A stretch of 64,000 nucleotides of DNA from a virus (Duplodnaviria > Caudoviricetes): IMG/VR virus record IMGVR_UViG_3300030097_000310, positions 2,760 to 66,759 of that record; one strand, 5' to 3'. Both the position numbers and the translations under genes were made by a program. The notes beneath the pieces were generated by a model. It had not been told where the DNA came from. It saw only the letters and a list, made by a program, of their open reading frames with translations, and ran no database searches. How positions within the stretch are numbered: the first letter of the stretch is position 1; the number at the start of each line of letters is the position of its first letter. This document shows positions 62,217 through 64,000 of this stretch, in pieces.

Positions 62217-62948
62217 ATGCCGCGTGATGTCGCAAAAATCAAAATCCATAAGGCACTTTCCGACGACGGATCTGGTTTGCCGTCTCGCCAGAAATACGCT
62301 CCACATGAACGCGACGCGGTTCACGAGCAAAAGATGCGCTTGGCGGAAAGAGCCAAGATAGGCAACGATTGGGATGGCGCTGCTGCAAACGACAATCAGA
62401 ATTGGCCGTTAGCTAAAGCGCTGTTGTCCGAGGGCAATACGGAACTGCTTAAGTATGCGATTGCGTACCGAAAGATACACGAGACGGCAAACTCAGATGT
62501 AGCAATTGGAATCAATCACAATCCGTCGCCAGACACAGCAATTGTCCACAGGAGCCGTATTGACGGCGCAACTGGAAAAATAATTTACGGCGCAGAGATA
62601 GTCAGCAAATCCGGATCCGTTGATTTGCCACCAATGCGAGCCACGCCAACTAACCCGGATAGCAAGAAGCGCGCCTCTCCAGTGCCGAAGCCGTGGACGG
62701 GCGATCGGCACATCAATGATAAGATTGACGCCAAGTCGAAGCTTCAGACTTTGCAAAATGCGCTCGGACCAATTCTAGAGCCATTCGAGATGATGGTGAT
62801 TGACGGCGCGACGCTAATGGCTGCTGGACAGGCCGCCTACGCAACAAAGCGCGGTGCTATGTCTGCAGGCCGGTCGATCGCACATATGGGACTCATAAGA
62901 ATTCGCCACATGCTAGGCGGAATCGGCATAGAACAGTTAGCCGCATAG
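62217..62948 (+). CDS. Hypothetical protein, possible late transcription regulator
   Basis: Position before packaging genes; C-terminal helical HTH-like region. Confidence 0.45.
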   Translation: MPRDVAKIKIHKALSDDGSGLPSRQKYAPHERDAVHEQKMRLAERAKIGNDWDGAAANDNQNWPLAKALLSEGNTELLKYAIAYRKIHETANSDVAIGINHNPSPDTAIVHRSRIDGATGKIIYGAEIVSKSGSVDLPPMRATPTNPDSKKRASPVPKPWTGDRHINDKIDAKSKLQTLQNALGPILEPFEMMVIDGATLMAAGQAAYATKRGAMSAGRSIAHMGLIRIRHMLGGIGIEQLAA

Positions 62949-63217
62949 GTTGGTGCGCACCACTTTACGCTCCGGGCGCTTATATGTAGGCGGGATAGAA
63001 ACCGCAAACAGTTTGGGGCAACGCTGTGGCTGGCGGTACGCGAAAGCTCGCAAGTGCGCGCAGGGCCGATCCCCAAAGCAATACCAATACGCCTTGGCGC
63101 TGCCTCCTCCAGCGACTCGGCGTAGCCGCGCTCCTGGCTAAGGTCGGTTGAGCGCGGCATCAATTATTAGCGTTAGGGAATGAAGCAATGGACTCCAGCA
63201 ACCCACGACCTACACCG

Positions 63218-63293
63218 CAGGGTGTAGCTCAGCAGGTAGAGTACCGCACTCGGAATGCGGAAGTCGCGAGTTCGAGTCTCGCCACCCTGACCA
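63218..63293 (+). tRNA. tRNA-Pro(CGG), 76 nt, encoded CCA
   Basis: CAGGGTG/CACCCTG acceptor, CCGCA-CTCGGAA-TGCGG anticodon arm, GCGAG-TTCGAGT-CTCGC T arm, C1:G72 and A73. Confidence 0.93.
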
Positions 63294-63426
63294 ATTATAC
63301 GGAATAGCGCATAAACCGCACTTATACGGATTAGCGCATAACGCCAATCACAACCCGCACGGCTAGCAACGGCTACGAAAGCCGCTAAGTGGCCGTGCTA
63401 TTACGCACACACAAGAGGAGCACAAC

Positions 63427-63636
63427 ATGAACGAAACACCTTGGCACATGGCTTACGTAGAAGAATCTAAGCCGGACACATACGCACCAGGCGCAATCGT
63501 GACGCTTGTTACTGACGGGCCTGATATGGCTGTCATTGACCATTGCGCAGCATGCAACATGGTTACGGTCTGCTGGTTTGACCAGAACGGCTACAATGAA
63601 CAGGTGCTGCCAGTTGAGGTGCTGATTGATATTTAG
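63427..63636 (+). CDS. DUF2158/YodC-like small protein
   Basis: PGAIVTLVTDGPDMAV..VCWFD. Confidence 0.65.
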   Translation: MNETPWHMAYVEESKPDTYAPGAIVTLVTDGPDMAVIDHCAACNMVTVCWFDQNGYNEQVLPVEVLIDI

Positions 63637-63650
63637 TCCAGGCGGTACGG

Positions 63651-63935
63651 GTGGCTAACCAGGACGCATGGCGGCCGCTATACAAGACAGCGCAATGGCA
63701 GCGCATACGCGAGCGCCAGCTAAGCGAGCAACCGCTATGCGAGCGCTGCCTTGCTATGGAGATAGTCGAGCCTGCTACTGTGGTGCACCACAAGGTGCCG
63801 CACAAAGGCGATCGCGACATATTCTTCCGCGGTCCGTTCGAGTCCCTATGCAAGCCGCACCATGATAGCCACGGGCAGCTAGAGGATCACGGCAAGACGG
63901 TCGTGCGCTTCGGCGCCGATGGTTGGCCGCTTTAG
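63651..63935 (+). CDS. Terminase-associated HNH endonuclease (HK97 gp74-like)
   Basis: LYKTAQWQRIR..QPLCERC..VVHHK..LCKPHHD; DGWPL end. Confidence 0.9.
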   Translation: MANQDAWRPLYKTAQWQRIRERQLSEQPLCERCLAMEIVEPATVVHHKVPHKGDRDIFFRGPFESLCKPHHDSHGQLEDHGKTVVRFGADGWPL

Positions 63936-64000
63936 CTATGCTCCTAGCGCATGGGTAGGCCGGGGGCTATGCAATCTCTGCATACGTCGAGACGCCGGAC

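Noticed and set aside
1-64000. Identity with Sinorhizobium phage 16-3
   Set aside because: Layout is similar, but the att core is tRNA-Lys rather than tRNA-Pro and the operator differs from the ACAA-Nx-TTGT sites I recall for 16-3; cannot be settled without alignment
63936-64000. Exact cos site
   Set aside because: Position after the HNH gene and the GC-rich end are suggestive, but the window stops and the cut site cannot be defined

Overview
The window is about 64 kb of a temperate HK97-fold siphovirus of an alphaproteobacterium, probably a rhizobium (inferred from gene families, promoter style and the tRNA-Lys att core). It looks like the non-integrated form: attP is intact and I see no host genes. 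It starts inside the portal gene, ends just after the terminase-associated HNH gene, and lacks the terminase genes. Order: head, tail and lysis genes (1-19.9 kb, with a GC-rich imported tail-tip block and two morons); a rightward accessory operon (20-28.2 kb); leftward accessory genes, attP (3' half of tRNA-Lys CTT), integrase/xis, RNA ligase and cI (28.2-41.1 kb); a rightward early replication/recombination/methylation operon (41.2-60.1 kb); a putative origin, a tRNA-Pro(CGG) gene and the HNH gene. Main observations: (1) about 15 non-structural proteins carry an (A/S/D)NDN motif, and several end in ANDN-x(4-8)-AA, a hard-coded mimic of the alphaproteobacterial tmRNA (ssrA) degradation tag; many more end in AA. 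(2) A C5 methyltransferase is split over two overlapping frames, as in M.EcoHK31I. (3) A 16-bp operator sits in the 17-bp spacer of eight sigma70-type promoters across the genome. (4) AACCACCAC recurs 15 times, almost always in 5' leaders. (5) There is a MotA/TolQ + ExbD-like membrane module, and a tRNA-Pro with A37. All family assignments come from motif recognition by eye; no database search was run.
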